A DNA stretch of 64,000 bases from Felis catus (taxonomy: Eukaryota): positions 6,076,001-6,140,000 of the forward strand of contig NC_058369.1 in assembly GCF_018350175.1 (NCBI RefSeq), given 5' to 3'. The translations under genes were made by a program, and so were the position numbers. Positions 1-12,000 of the stretch are shown here, in pieces (the stretch's first letter is position 1; every line of letters starts with the position of its first letter). The notes under the pieces were generated by a model. It made no database searches. It had not been told where the DNA came from and saw only the letters and a list, made by a program, of their open reading frames with translations.

Positions 1-479
1 CCTGAGGGCCGTGCGCCGCGCGCGCCAGATCCAGGGCTACCAGTGGGTAGACGGAGTCCCGCTCAGCTTCAGGTGAGGGAAGGGACTTGGGGAGAGGGAC
101 GGGTCAGACCCCAGGGGCAGTGCTGTGGCCAGATCTGTGGGGATGGGCAGGCTGGACCCCAGGACCGGGCGGAGGGTTTAAATTCCGGGAGTTTAGAAAG
201 CTGTCTCCCAGGTGCACGCTCAAGTTAGACCCTCAGAGTGTCTAGGTTGGACCCAAGCAATAAACAGGATAGATCCTCAGGGCTGGACGCCAGGCCCGTC
301 CTCAGACTCCCAGAAACAGCCCCCCGACAAACCTCCGCAGCCACTGGAACCTGGGGGAGCCCAATGACTCTATGGGGCGCGAGGACTGCGTGATGATGCT
401 ACGCACTGGGATGTGGAACGACGCACCGTGCGACAACGAGAGGGACAACTGGATTTGTGAGAAGAGGCGCAGCTGTTGA
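1..479 (+). CDS. CLEC4G: C-type lectin domain family 4 member G (LSECtin), last two coding exons: join(<1..72,341..479)
   Basis: Exon 1..72 reads LRAVRRARQIQGYQWVDGVPLSFS, donor AG|GTGAGG at 73. Acceptor ccgcag|341, then HWNLGEPNDSMGREDCVMMLRTGMWNDAPCDNERDNWICEKRRSC* (TGA 477-479). EPN/WND CTLD matching the recalled LSECtin C-terminus; syntenic with FCER2. Confidence 0.93.
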
Positions 480-856
480 CCCCGCCCCGCGCCCCGCGCG
501 CCCCGCCCACCGCCCGGCGGGCGGTCCCCTGAGCGGTTCACCTTCCCGGCGCCGCCCACCGCCATCGATTTCTTCATTTTCCCCCATCCACGGCTACCGA
601 GAGCCATCCCGCCCAGTCCTGTCAGGTACAGGCCCTGGGACCTCTGCTCCAGCCTCACCGCCGGCCCTCAGGTGGTCATAACCGAGCGTCCACCCGACCC
701 AAACCGCGGGCGGCCCACTGTCCCCACCTCCCTCCCCGGCCCAAACCGGGCAACTCCGGATGAGCTGTTTGGTGTTCTTGCATTTTTTCCCCCCCAACTG
801 GGAAGCCTTACAGACGGGGGTTTTGTGAGCTGTCTTCGCAGCCCTTAGGAAGCATC

Positions 857-862
857 AATAAA
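857..862 (+). terminator. CLEC4G: CLEC4G polyadenylation signal AATAAA
   Basis: First AATAAA downstream of the stop, followed by GT/T-rich sequence. Confidence 0.7.
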
Positions 863-2183
863 TGCTTGAGAAATGAATCTTGGTTCATGGCTTTGGTGAG
901 CTGTTCAGCGTTTAATCCCAGAGACCCTGATATTTATCCCTGTGAGTGACCCTGACCTCTGTCAGTGACCTCCCGGTCCTATGGTGCCCCAAAACTCAGG
1001 GCGTAACGTGTACTGGGCCAGGACGGCTGTAGGGCACCGGGGACACTGGAATGACTCAGACCGAGTGCTCTGATCTAGCGGGGCACTGGAACAATGCTAT
1101 GATCAGTGACTCCAAGGAGTGGACAAGGCCCTGAGGCAGGTGGGAGAGGGGCTGCCCGGACCTGAAGAGCAAGCCCTTTCTGGCTTGGGCACCTAGGTTC
1201 GGTGACCACTGGTTGGAGCGATCAGGAAATACATTGCAGAGAACACGGCCTTTCGAGCAACAACGGGAGGACCTGGGAAGGAAGGTCTTTGCAAGCAGGG
1301 GGTGTTAAGTATGGCTGAACCCATTCTGGGGGGTGCAGGGTGCACCGAGCCTGGCTTTCGCAGCTGGGGACTTTTGATCTGAATTCACCCTGCACTCCCA
1401 AAGTTTCCTGCTCCTGTCCTGGAGACATGGGGGCTCTCCCAGAATTTCCAGTGGAGACAGGTCCAACTGAGGGGAAGGACAGGCTAGTGGCCTTTAGTCC
1501 TGGGCAGCTTGGGAGCTCCCAGACCCCCTGGCCAGGGGAGACCTCGCTGAGAACCCCGACACTTCTCTGGGTGCTCTCCTACTCTACTGGGTGCTCTGCT
1601 CGCCCAGAGTGAGGCACTAACCCGGCTCAGGAGCCACCTCTGTCCCCAACAGATAACCTACCTAGGAGACTGCTGGCCAGACTGATGAATTTCCAGGCAG
1701 TCAGCTCGGAGGGGTATGAGTGTTGTGGCGCTGCTGTAACTAATGACCGCCAGCTTGATGGCTTACTAACAACACCCATCCTCTTACGGTTCCAGAAATC
1801 TGAAGTCCAAAGTTAGTTTTCCTGGACCAAGATCAAGGTGTCACCAGAGCCAGGCTCCCTCTGGAAACTCCAGGGGAGAATCAGCCTCCTTGCCTTTTCT
1901 AGTGTCTAGACCTGCACCCCTCACACTCCCTGGCTCCTGGCCCCTTCTTCCGTTTCCAAAATCGGTGGGGTAGTATCTTGCTTCACTGACCACAGTGCTG
2001 TCCACGTCAAATCTCCCTCTGCCTCCTTTCTTACAAAACAGCTTGTGATTGCTGTTTAGGGCCCACCCAGATAATCCAGGAGGATCCCCTGGGATATTGT
2101 AAAACAGTTGTAAAACTAATCACCCTGACTTAGCTCAGATGCCACCCACAGGTGAAAGGTACAGTTCCTTTTTCTTTCTAAAC

Positions 2184-2351
2184 ATTTATTTATTTATTTT
2201 TGAGAGAGAGAGAGAGAGAGAGAGAATCCCAAGCAGGTGAACACCGTCAGTGCAGAGCCCGACGCGGGGCTTGAACTCACAAAACCGTGAGATCGTGACC
2301 TGAGCTGAAATCAAGAGTCGGACGCTCAACCGACTGAGCCACCCAGGCGCC
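2184..2351 (-). mobile_element. Can-SINE (SINEC)
   Basis: polyT + (GA)n + gactgagccacccaggcgcc, the reverse complement of the SINEC head. Confidence 0.9.
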
Positions 2352-2367
2352 TCCCCACCCACCTTTT

Positions 2368-2470
2368 AAAAATGTTATTTAATTTAAGTGATCTCTACAC
2401 CCAACATGGGGCTCGAACTCACGGCCCCGCGATCAAGAGTCGTATGCTCTTCTAACTGAACCAGCAAGGC
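2368..2470 (-). mobile_element. short tRNA-derived Can-SINE
   Basis: atctctacacccaacatggggctcgaactcacg...aactgaaccagc. Confidence 0.75.
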
Positions 2471-3449
2471 AAGATTGCCCTCACTGCAGATGCCAGCTGC
2501 AAGTTTGGGGTTGCCTAGGCCACCTGCTCTTTGAACTAACTGATTCTGACCGACTGATAGAAATTCAGAGGATCTCACAATCCCCCCTCTCCCCGGTTCC
2601 ATAATTCGCTAGAATGACTCATAGAACTCAGGAGAGTTTGCTACAGTTCTTACAGTTTTATTATAAGGGACACATCCAGACTGGTCCAATGAAGAGACCC
2701 ATGTGGCGATGGCCAGGAGGGTCCCAAACACACAGCTTTTGTGTTCAGTCCCCGGGGACTCAGGTCACGTCACTTTCCGGGCACAGTGATGTTTCCACCA
2801 ACCAGGAGGCTCCTCTGAGAGTTGGTGTCCAGAATTCTTATTGGGACTTCATTTTGAAGGCGTGGTTGATGGCATCAGAGGCCACACGATCCCGTCTCTG
2901 GAGCTCAGGCGGTCACAGCTGGTCTCTCTGGCATGACCAGCCCCCTCCCTGAGCTATCCCCTCCGTGTAACTCAGGTGTGGCCCAAGGGGCCCCCACAAA
3001 TGACAAAGACACTCCTATCACTCAAGAAATCCCAAGGGTGCAGATGATCCCTTGCAGGAACAAGGGACAAAGGCCCGCCAGATTCTGAAATACCTACATC
3101 TTCCCACCTCTAAATTCTTAGTCACATCTGCAAAATCTCTGTTGCCGTGTAAGATGACGGTCAAGGTTCCAGGGATCATGACGTGGATATCTTTAGGGAC
3201 CACTGTGCACCCTCGCACCAGACGTGACCAGCTGACAAACAGACTCGCAGGTAGGGCAGCAGCCAGAACACCTGCCTGGTGGCCCAAGTGCTTGGTGAGT
3301 GGGGTCAGCGATGGTCTGGAGGACAGACGCCCCGCAGCACAGACGGGCAAAGAGGCCCAGGTGTCTCTCCCGGGAATGGAGCTGAATGGGCACCGTGGTT
3401 GAGGCAGAAGGGGGTGGCCCCAGAGTTAAGCAGGAGCTGCCCCGGGATC

Positions 3450-3656
3450 TTTTATTTATTTTGTTAATGTTTGTTTATTTTTGACAGAGAGAGAGAAAGT
3501 GGCAGGGAGAGAGAGAGGGAGACACAGAATCTGAAGCAGGCTCCCGGCTCTGAGCTGTCAGCCCAGAGCCCGACACGGGGCTTGAACACACAAACTTCGA
3601 GATCGTGACCTGAGCCAAAGTTGGATGCTCAACCGCCTGAGCCACCCGGGCGCCCC
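3450..3656 (-). mobile_element. Can-SINE
   Basis: Reverse SINEC ending gagccacccgggcgcccc. Confidence 0.9.
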
Positions 3657-4281
3657 TGCCTTGGAACCTTTTAGAGACCCGGCTCCGGCTAGAGCAAGCC
3701 CCTCAGCTCAGACATTGGGGTCTGGGGCCTGAGGGCGCCCTGGGTAGGAGCCCAGACAAGGTAACTGGCCTAGAGCCCCCCCTCATGCCCTCTGCCATCT
3801 GCCCTGCCCCCTCCCGGTCAGCTCGCAGGCACTGCCTCCCCGCTGCCTGGCTCAAACCTGTCAGCATCCAGTTGGCACACGAAGACCCTGCATGAAAGGG
3901 TCAGGGTCAATCAAGTTCCCCAACTTTGGCTTCTTGGTCCCAGGCCCTCCCTCCTCCAAGATTCGACCTCCCTGGGAAGCAAGGTGTCCCTGGAGCCTAA
4001 TCCCAGAACAGACCTCGGCCTTTGGTTGGCTTTTGTTTTCCTGAAGAATCAGTCTTGCCGGAAAGACTAAATTCTAAAGCTGATACAGGCGGGGACCTGA
4101 ATACTGAGAAGCCCTGTGATGTCTCCCCCGCCGAGAGGCTGGCTGGGCCAGGCCAGCAGTCTTAAAGATGGACCTCCTTTCCTGGAGACCCCAGAGGCTC
4201 TGAGAGCCCCCGTAAGATCCGAAATACACCTGTAATGTGCCCGGGACATAACAGTAATTGCTCAGAACACCTGATAGGCCC

Positions 4282-5005
4282 GTAGCGGACAGAACAACAG
4301 TCCCCCAAAGATGTCCGTGTCCTAATGCCCTGAACCTATGAATATGCCGCCTTATATGGCCACAGGGACTAGGCACGTGTGATTGAATTAAGGGTTTTGC
4401 GGTGAGGACATCATCCTGGGTTGTCCAGGTGAGCCCGTTGTAATCACGAGGGTCCTCGAAAGTGAAAGGAGGAGGCAGGAGAGCATCGGGGAGGGAGACG
4501 TGGCTACGAAATTTTTAATTTAATTTAATTTAATTTAATTTTTTAAATCCTTATTTTTTTTTTTATGTTTTTATTTACTTTTGAGACAGAGAGAGACAGA
4601 GCGTGAGCAGGGGAGGGGCAGAGAGAGAGGGAGACACAGAATCTGAAGCGGGCTCCAGGCTCTGAGCTGACAGCACAGAGCCCGATGTGGGGCTCGAACT
4701 CCCAGACAGTGAGATTATGACCTGAGCCGAAGTCGGAGGCTTAAACGACTGAGCCACCCAGATGCCCCCAATTTTTTTTTTAATTTTAAAAATAACGTCT
4801 TAACCTCCCACCCACCCCCAAAAGGATAAAAAACCAATTTCCCCCCAGAGCCTCAAGACCAATGCCACTCTGCTGACACCGTGACTTCGGGCCAGTGAGA
4901 CTGATGTCAGACGTCTGCTTTCCAGAACCGTGAGATAATGAGTCTGTGTTGTTTTAAGCCACTAAGTTTGAGGTAATTTCTCACCACAGCCACTGGGGAC
5001 TAAAT
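4282..5005 (+). mobile_element. MLT1-type MaLR LTR interrupted by a SINE
   Basis: cccccaaagatgtccgtgtcctaat...gttgttttaagccactaagttt. Confidence 0.65.
4555..4769 (-). mobile_element. Can-SINE, with (TTTAA)n at 4512-4545 beside its tail
   Basis: Reverse SINEC. Confidence 0.9.
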
Positions 5006-5332
5006 AGGAGTTTCCCTGAAGGTCACCCATAACTCAGCGGTAACCAGCCCTCTGTGATAATCCTGCAACATACCTTAACATGTCTGTGGGTGCCTATACG
5101 CCCCCATAGAAGCATCTCGACTTCACAGAAGCCACTGGAAGCACCAGTAACAAACTTTGAGCACCCATAACATGGCAGTCACCACTTGAGATCTAACCGT
5201 CACCTCCCGTCAGCTGACAATACACATATACCTCCTACCTTGACTAAGGTGGCCACATGTCTCTATTTGTCTCATGTGGTCCTGGTTTGCACTTGCTCCC
5301 CATATAACTATTTTTAAAAAAAAATAATTTTA

Positions 5333-5520
5333 GAGGCGACTGGGCGGCTCCGTCGGTTGAGCGACCGACTCTTGATTTTGGATCGGGTCACGATCTCATG
5401 GTCACGGGATCGAGCCCCGCCTTGGGCTCCTGCTGAGCGTGGAGCCTGCTTAAGATTCTCTCTCTCCCTCTGCCCCTTTCCCCCCACTCCTGGTCTCTCT
5501 CTTTCTCTCTAAAAAAACAA
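5333..5520 (+). mobile_element. Can-SINE
   Basis: gaggcgactgggcggctccgtcggttgag...(CT)n, A tail. Confidence 0.85.
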
Positions 5521-5878
5521 ATTTCTGTAAATTATTTTAAAAATCGACTTTGTTGACGTGCAACTGATACACAATAGAACGTACCAACTTATCACACCCA
5601 TTCGGACAAGGTCTGTCAAAAAACAGCAACAACAAAACGGCAGGTGCCGGCCAGGATGTGGAGAAACTGGAACCCTCATGTATGGCTGGTGGGAAAGTAA
5701 AATGGGGCAGCCGCTGTGGAAAACAGTATGGCGGACCCCCCCCCCCAAATTAGGAACAGATTACCATTGATCCAGCAATCCCATTCCAACCCAAGCGTCC
5801 GCTGCCACATGAACAGATACACAAAATGCAGTCCATCTATACAGTGGAATATGACTCAGCCTAAAGGAAAGACACTCT

Positions 5879-6124
5879 GGGGCACCTGGGTGACTCAGCC
5901 GGTTAAGCGTCTGCCTCTCGATTTGGGCCCAGGTCATCATCTCACGGTTCATGCGATCGGGCCCCATGTCGGGCTCTATGCTGACGGCGTAGAGCCTGCT
6001 TGGGATTCTCTCTCTCTTTTCTCTGCCCCTCCTTCCGTTGGGTCTCTCTCTCTCCTGTCACTCTCTCTCTCTCAAAAAATAAACTTTTTTTTTTTTTTGA
6101 GAGAGGGTGTGCAAGTGAGCAAGG

Positions 6125-6161
<37 letters not shown>

Positions 6162-6284
6162 GGGGCTCACCCGCCGTGGGGCTCAAACTCATGAACCGTA
6201 AGATCATGACCTGAGCCAAAGTCAGAGGCTTAATGCCTGAGCCACTCAGGTGCCCCCCAAATAAATATAAACTTAAAAAAAAAA
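5879..6284 (+). mobile_element. Can-SINE (+) with an inverted Can-SINE (6083-6257, -) inserted in its A tail
   Basis: ggggcacctgggtgactcag head; the tail aaaataaac is interrupted by a reverse SINE and resumes at 6258. Confidence 0.85.
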
Positions 6285-6611
6285 GGACATTCTGACACCT
6301 GCTACAACACGGATGAAACTTGAGGACACTATGGTCAGTGAAATAAAACCGGTCACAAAAGGACGGATCGTGTACTATTTCACTTACGTGAGGTATCTAG
6401 AGTAGTCCAACTTGTAGGAACCGAAAGTCGAATGGTGATGGCCAGTCCCTGGGAGGGAGGGAGAAACGGACAGCTGTTGTTTCATGAGTATAGAGTTTCA
6501 GTTTTGCAAAATGAAAAACTTCTAGAGATTGGTTGCCCAACAATGTGAATATACTTAACACTACTGTTAAGTGTATGCACTATACCACACGCTTAAAAAT
6601 AGCTAAGACAC

Positions 6612-6782
6612 GGGGCGCCTGGGTGGCTCAATGGGTTACGCCTCTGACTCCTGCTTTGGGCTCAGGTCAGGATCTCACAGTTTGTGAGATCGAGCCCCAC
6701 GCTGGGCTCTGTGCTGACAGCATGGAGCCTGCTTGGGATTCTCTCCCTCCCTCTCTCTCTCAAAATAAATAAACATTTGTTG
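6612..6782 (+). mobile_element. Can-SINE
   Basis: SINEC flanked by target-site duplication (TSD) aaatagctaaga. Confidence 0.9.
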
Positions 6783-6849
6783 AAATAGCTAAGATGTGTA
6801 TTTTGTTATGTGCATTTATACCACGATCACAATTTTAAAAAGGTAACGC

Positions 6850-7380
6850 ACCCACTTCAAGCTTACAATTCAACAAGGTTCCAGAGGGAACATTTCCAAC
6901 CTCCCCTCACATTCCTTCCCGACCCCCTGCTCCAGGCCACTGCCGCTCTGCCGTCCATCGTGACTCGCTACGCTTGCTTTTTCTGGATGTCGTCTGAATC
7001 GAGCCCCACGGTATGTACCCTTTTGTGCCCGGCTTCTCTCTCCAGGCGTGACGTTTTTGAGATTCACCCACGCTCTTGTGTGTATCCAGTCTGTTCCTTT
7101 TCGTCTCTGTCTCGTCTGCCATCGCGTGGCTGGACCACAACGTGCGCATCCGTTCACCTGTTGACAGGTGTTTGTGCGGCTGCGATGGTAATTAGTATGA
7201 ATTAAGCTGCCGCGAACACTCCTGCACAGATCTCTCTACGGATTTCCGTGGTCGCTTCTCTCGGGGGAATCTCTCGGCGTGGGTCGGATGGTAGGTGAAC
7301 GTGAAAGTTGATAAGACACTTCCGGCCTCCCAAAGGGGTTGCGCCATCTTGGGTCCCCACGCTCAGCAATGTCTCGAAGC
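6850..7380 (-). mobile_element. old L1 3' fragment, CpG-rich
   Basis: tttttgagattcacccac, gttcacctgttgacagg, tatgaattaagctgccgcgaaca, ttcccaaaggggttgcgccat-like L1 motifs. Confidence 0.6.
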
Positions 7381-7716
7381 TCCGGCGGCTCGGGGAGGGT
7401 GTTTCTGACCCAGGAAAGCCTTCAGCAGTTCTAAATCCAGGTGGAAGAGTTTATCTAGAGAGGCGCAGGAAGGGAGGAAATGCTGCTGGAGGTTGAGGCA
7501 GATAAAGGGGGAAAGCAGGAAGCTGGTGGTAACATGTGCCTGATAATCCGTGTTCTCGTGGGAAGATAAGCCTGGGGACCGGGAAGCAGGAGGTGGGGGG
7601 GGGGGGGGAGGTCTCTGCTATTTGGTATTACAGCCCCTGAACCAAGACCAAGGAGGAGGTTGGTGAGCAAAGCTGAAGAGGAGTCAGATCAACTCTCTTG
7701 TGAGCAAGGAGCAATT

Positions 7717-7745
7717 TCATTCATTCATTCATTCATTCATTCACT
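7717..7745. repeat. (TTCA)n microsatellite, L2-tail type
   Basis: ttcattcattcattcattcattcattca. Confidence 0.85.
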
Positions 7746-9189
7746 CAGTGCAATTATTTCCCTACCCATAAACACTCCTCAGCATTTATGAAATGCCAGG
7801 CACAGGGATTCCAATGGAGAACAAGAGGTCAGGGTCTCTGGCCACAGAGGAATCCGAAAAAACAGGCAGAGCGGAAGCAGCCATTTGTGAAATATTATAG
7901 ACTTTACGAGCCCGTTTATATGAAATTATCGAAACGGGCAAAACTACTCTGGGGTAAAGGAGACGTGAGAACTGTAGCTATGTGGGAGCAGAGGCAGGGG
8001 TTGCTTAGGGAGAGCCATGAAAGAACTTTCCGAAGGAATGGATACGTCTTCCCAGGGATTTGGGTTCCACAGGCGAATGCATTGGTCAAAGGTCGAAGAA
8101 AACGCACTCGGGATTTGCACGTTTTATTGTTTTACTCAAAAGGAAAAAAAGTCAGAATGGCAAATATTGGACTCTAGTTGGTGTTTTGTGGGCTAGAGTT
8201 TTAGGGGGAAATGAGCTGATGTCTGCAACTTACTTTGAAAAATGCAGAAAAATTTAAGACGGGGATTGAGGGGCGGAGGGACGCATTGATGTGTAATATA
8301 CCAATTATGCAGTCTAGGGGTGGGTTTCTCATCCTTAAACTCCTTTTTTCCGCATGCTTGAAAATTGTCATAACGCAACGTTGGGGTTCAGGTTGTGGTC
8401 GGTGCCTTTCTGGGGCTCCCAGTCTGGTGGGCAGAGGGGCAGGTGATGAGGAGGGATAGAACATGGTATGCTCCCATGATAAGGTTGCAGGTGGAAGGTT
8501 CTGGAAAAGCAACCCCCCATACCCTGCACTTCTAGTCTGAGGGGGGAAGGCAGGGGAGGGAAATGAGGGTCTGTCTCCGAGGGGCCAAGGGGTCTTGTGC
8601 TGGGAAGCAGGGAGTAGGGGCATGGAGGGTACCCCCGGTGCCCTCTGACCCTTTCCCAGTGGGTGTCCCCACCAACAGCCCCCTGAGTGACACACGACCA
8701 CACTTTCTGGGGCTGAGTCAGCAAGTCAGTGGTGACCCTGAAGCCCAGCCAGGTTTCCTGGACAGACCGGCCCCACCCATCACCCCACTTTCCCAGGAAG
8801 TGACCTTGTGACAGAATAGACTGTTCTTTCCAAACTCCGACTGCCCTCCCCCCATCCTAGGAAACCCCCTGAGATCCCAAGGCCTCTTACCAGGTTGGCT
8901 GAGGTGTCTGGGGACTCCCCCAAGGTAGGGCAGGACACACTCTCCTCAAGCCCTTGCTAGCCCCTTCCCCATCTGCCTCAAACCCCCACCCCCATCCCAT
9001 CCCTGGCTCCAGACACAGATGGCTCCGGTGGGTTAGTCTGGCAGATGTCGACAGAAAGCCCAGAGTCCGAACCAAAACCTGTGCTTGCCACTTACACGCT
9101 GGGTGAGGCTGGGCACGTGACTTTCCTCCTCTGTGCCTCTGGTTTTGCATCCACCAAATGGGATGACAACAGCAACAGCATTTTCGACT

Positions 9190-9915
9190 AATGCGATCGG
9201 CTGAGTAATGGCTCCCAAAAGGTGTCCCTGTCCCAGTCCCCGGAACCTGTGATGATGTGGCCTTACATGGTGAAAGGGACTTTACAGACGGGATTCGTTA
9301 AATCAAGGATCTGGAGGTGGAGGCCATCCCGGGTTATCCGGGTGGGCCCAATGTCAGCATCACGAGTCCTTGTAAGAGGGAGGCAATCAGGGGGCGCCTG
9401 GGTGGCTCAGTGGGTTAAGCATCTGGCTCTTGATTTCGGTTCAGGTCATGATCTCACTGTTCGTGAGTTTGAGCCCCGCGTCGGGCTCTGTGCTGAGGGT
9501 GCAGAGCCTGCTTGGGATCCTCTCTCTCTCTCTCTGCCTCTTTCCTGCTCTCTCTCTCTCAAAATAAATAAATAAGTTAAAAACTGAAGAAGGAGGCAGG
9601 AAGATCAGAGTCTGAGAAGCAGATGTGACAACAGCAGCAGAGTCGGAGAGAGATCAGAAGTTCTCCGCTGCCGACCTCAAAGCTGGAGGAAGGGGCCACA
9701 AGCCAAGAGGTGTGGGCCCCTGTAGAAGCGGAAAGAACAGAAGGAAACCGATTCTCCCCTTGACTTTCCAGGAGCACAGCCCTGTGGACGCCTGGATTTT
9801 AGCCCAGTGAGGCCTGTGCTGGGACTTCTGACCTCCAGCTCTGTGAGATAATAAACTTACGTTGTTTAAAGCCGCCAAGTCAGCGACTGGTACTTCCTTA
9901 GCGCAGTCCTAGGAC
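9190..9915 (+). mobile_element. MLT1-type MaLR LTR containing a Can-SINE at 9391-9583
   Basis: taatggctcccaaaaggtgtcc...ggacttctgacctccagctctgtgagataataaac; SINEC inserted centrally. Confidence 0.75.
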
Positions 9916-11599
9916 GCTCACACGGCTGTGACGCCTCGTGGCGCAGCTACCGCGTGCCGTGTGCCGAGCCCTGGGCTGGGGACGCGGTGACAGTCCTGCC
10001 CCTCCCACTCCCGGAGCGCACCTTCTAGCGGGTACCGGTAACAAGCAAACCACACGCGTCCACACACAGGAGGTAGGTCATAGAGACCGTCCCAGGGGTG
10101 ACTGTCACCTCCCTCAGAGAGCAGACGCCTGGAGGACAAAGAAGGGCCACGGAGAGGCCTCGAAACCCAGAGAAGCCTGTGGGTGTGGCTGCAGCAAAGG
10201 GGCAACCGTGCAGGAGAAGGCGCCAGCCACACAGGGCCCGGCTGGCTGCGGGGGGCCGGGGCTTCCTTGGAGGGGCCTTCGCGGGGCGGGGTGTAGGGGT
10301 TACTCACGGGAGAGACTCCAGCGCTCCCCAGGGGCTCGCCTGTGCTGTGGGCTTGTCTCCGTTCGGCACCCGTGGAAAGCTTTAGGAGCACGAGGCCCTA
10401 GGTAGGAGGATCGTGCTTATTCCCACTTTACAGATGGGGAAACTGAGGCCCGAGAGGATACAGTCAGCCCGCAGGGAAAGGGGGTGGAGCTGGAACGCCA
10501 CCCGCCCTCTCCTCTGCCCACCCAGTGGGGGGTCGCCCAGTGGGGGGCAGTGACCAGATGTGTCCAGCAGGGGGCACACGCCTCCTGTGCCGGCCCAGCT
10601 GGAGAACCTTCCCGCAAAAGGGCCCGATGGAGTAGAAAAAGCACGCGATCTAGACCAAAGTCTTACGGGGCTGGGGGCCTGGGTCTCTGAGGGGCCGGGG
10701 ACCCGGGGCCTGGATTTCTGAATCCCTGAGGGGCTGGGAGCCATCCTTCAGCCTGGTCCCCACACGGTACCCTGTCCCCTCAAAGAACCGTGGACATTGT
10801 CAGAAAGAAATCCCCGAATCTCCCAGTGTGGGCCTGGAATGTTCTCAGGATTCCTGGGATGAGCTGGCTCAGCCCCCCAGTCACTGGGGATGTGCTGGGG
10901 TCTGGGGGGTGGTGTGGAGGTGCGGGCAGTGGGCCCCGGAAGGCCTTCCGAAGAAAGGATGTGGACAAGCCGACTTCTGGACCCCCTCATCCCGAGCCCC
11001 CCTCCAACCTCTCCCTCCATCCCAGCAACACACAGGAACAAAACCAGCTGGGCTCCAGACCCCCAGGCTCCAGGAAGATGAAAATGCAAAGCCAGCCTCC
11101 TCCTGTCCCACACTGGCCTTCCCTCTTCCTGTTGACAAGGTCACTGCAGGGGTGGGGGTCGGGGAGGGGAGCAAGGAGGGGTGTGAGTGAGTGGGGGGGG
11201 TGTGTGTGGCTGGGAGCTGGGGCTAGCCCTCTGGCCCCTCAGCTCCCAGTCCTGGGGAAGGTGCCCATTTAATGTAGGAGCTCAGGGCTGGGGAGAGGGG
11301 AGTGCAGAGGGCTGTGGGGGGGGGGGAGCCTCTGAGCCTGTGAGTGAGTGAGGAGTGAGTCCAGGACCAAATGAAGGTCAGGGGAGGGGGCTGGGCAGAA
11401 AATGGAGACATAGGAAGTCAGCAGGGGTTGGGGGTGATTGAAGCGGGGGGGGGGGGGGGTCATGGAGAGGCAGAGAGAAGTCCCTGAGGGGAAACTGAGG
11501 CGTGCATGGGGGCGGCAAGGAGAGCAGAGGCAAACGGGAGGGCTGTTAGTGGAGGAGAGCTACTTTTTCCCCATCAGCCTCTCCTCTGGGACAGCAAAG

Positions 11600-12000
11600 G
11601 GGACCCTCGTGCGTGTCTGTGTGACCGTGTATGTCTGTGTCTGTCTGCACGTGTCCGTGGGCCTGGAACGTTCTCCGTGTGTCTGTGTGTTTCGTTTCTT
11701 TGTATGTTTCCGTGCGTTTATGGGGGGGGGGGGGTTATGTTGGTACGTGCGATTGTGTTACTTGTGTCTCTGTGCACATGGGGTGTGTCTATCTTGTGTG
11801 TGGGGGGTGGCCACATTTGGACCTGTGTGTGTGTCCCTACCCCCGCGCCTACCTGTGTGTATCCCTCCTGTGATTCGTCGTGCGTGTGTGTGTCTGCGGT
11901 TAAGCCGCGTAGGGACCGTCGGTCTCTCTGTACCTGCGTGCCTCTGCCGATGACGGTGTCACGTCACCCCGTGTGTGTGCGTGCCTCTGTGTGCCTGCGT
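11600..12000. repeat. degenerate (GT)-rich low-complexity tract
   Basis: Imperfect gtgt/gtct runs. Confidence 0.75.

Larger units (their letters stand above)
1712..3210 (-). mobile_element. MLT1 (MaLR) LTR split by a MER21-like LTR (~2090-3090), which is itself split by two SINEs
   Basis: MLT1 hallmarks at 1712-2090 (gctgctgtaac, aagatcaaggtgtca, gggcccacccagataatccagg) resume at ~3090-3210 (cacatctgcaaaatctctgttgcc...gtggatatcttt). The intervening sequence resembles MER21. Confidence 0.6.
5560..6850 (+). mobile_element. old L1 (L1M) 3' fragments interrupted by SINEs
   Basis: ggatgtggagaaactggaaccctc, gatccagcaatccca, ggatgaaacttgaggacactatg, gtttcagttttgcaaaatgaaaa. Confidence 0.75.

Noticed and set aside
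8885-8960. Possible minus-strand exon with donor CTG|GTAAGA
   Set aside because: Purine-rich acceptor context, no recognisable peptide, no partner exons
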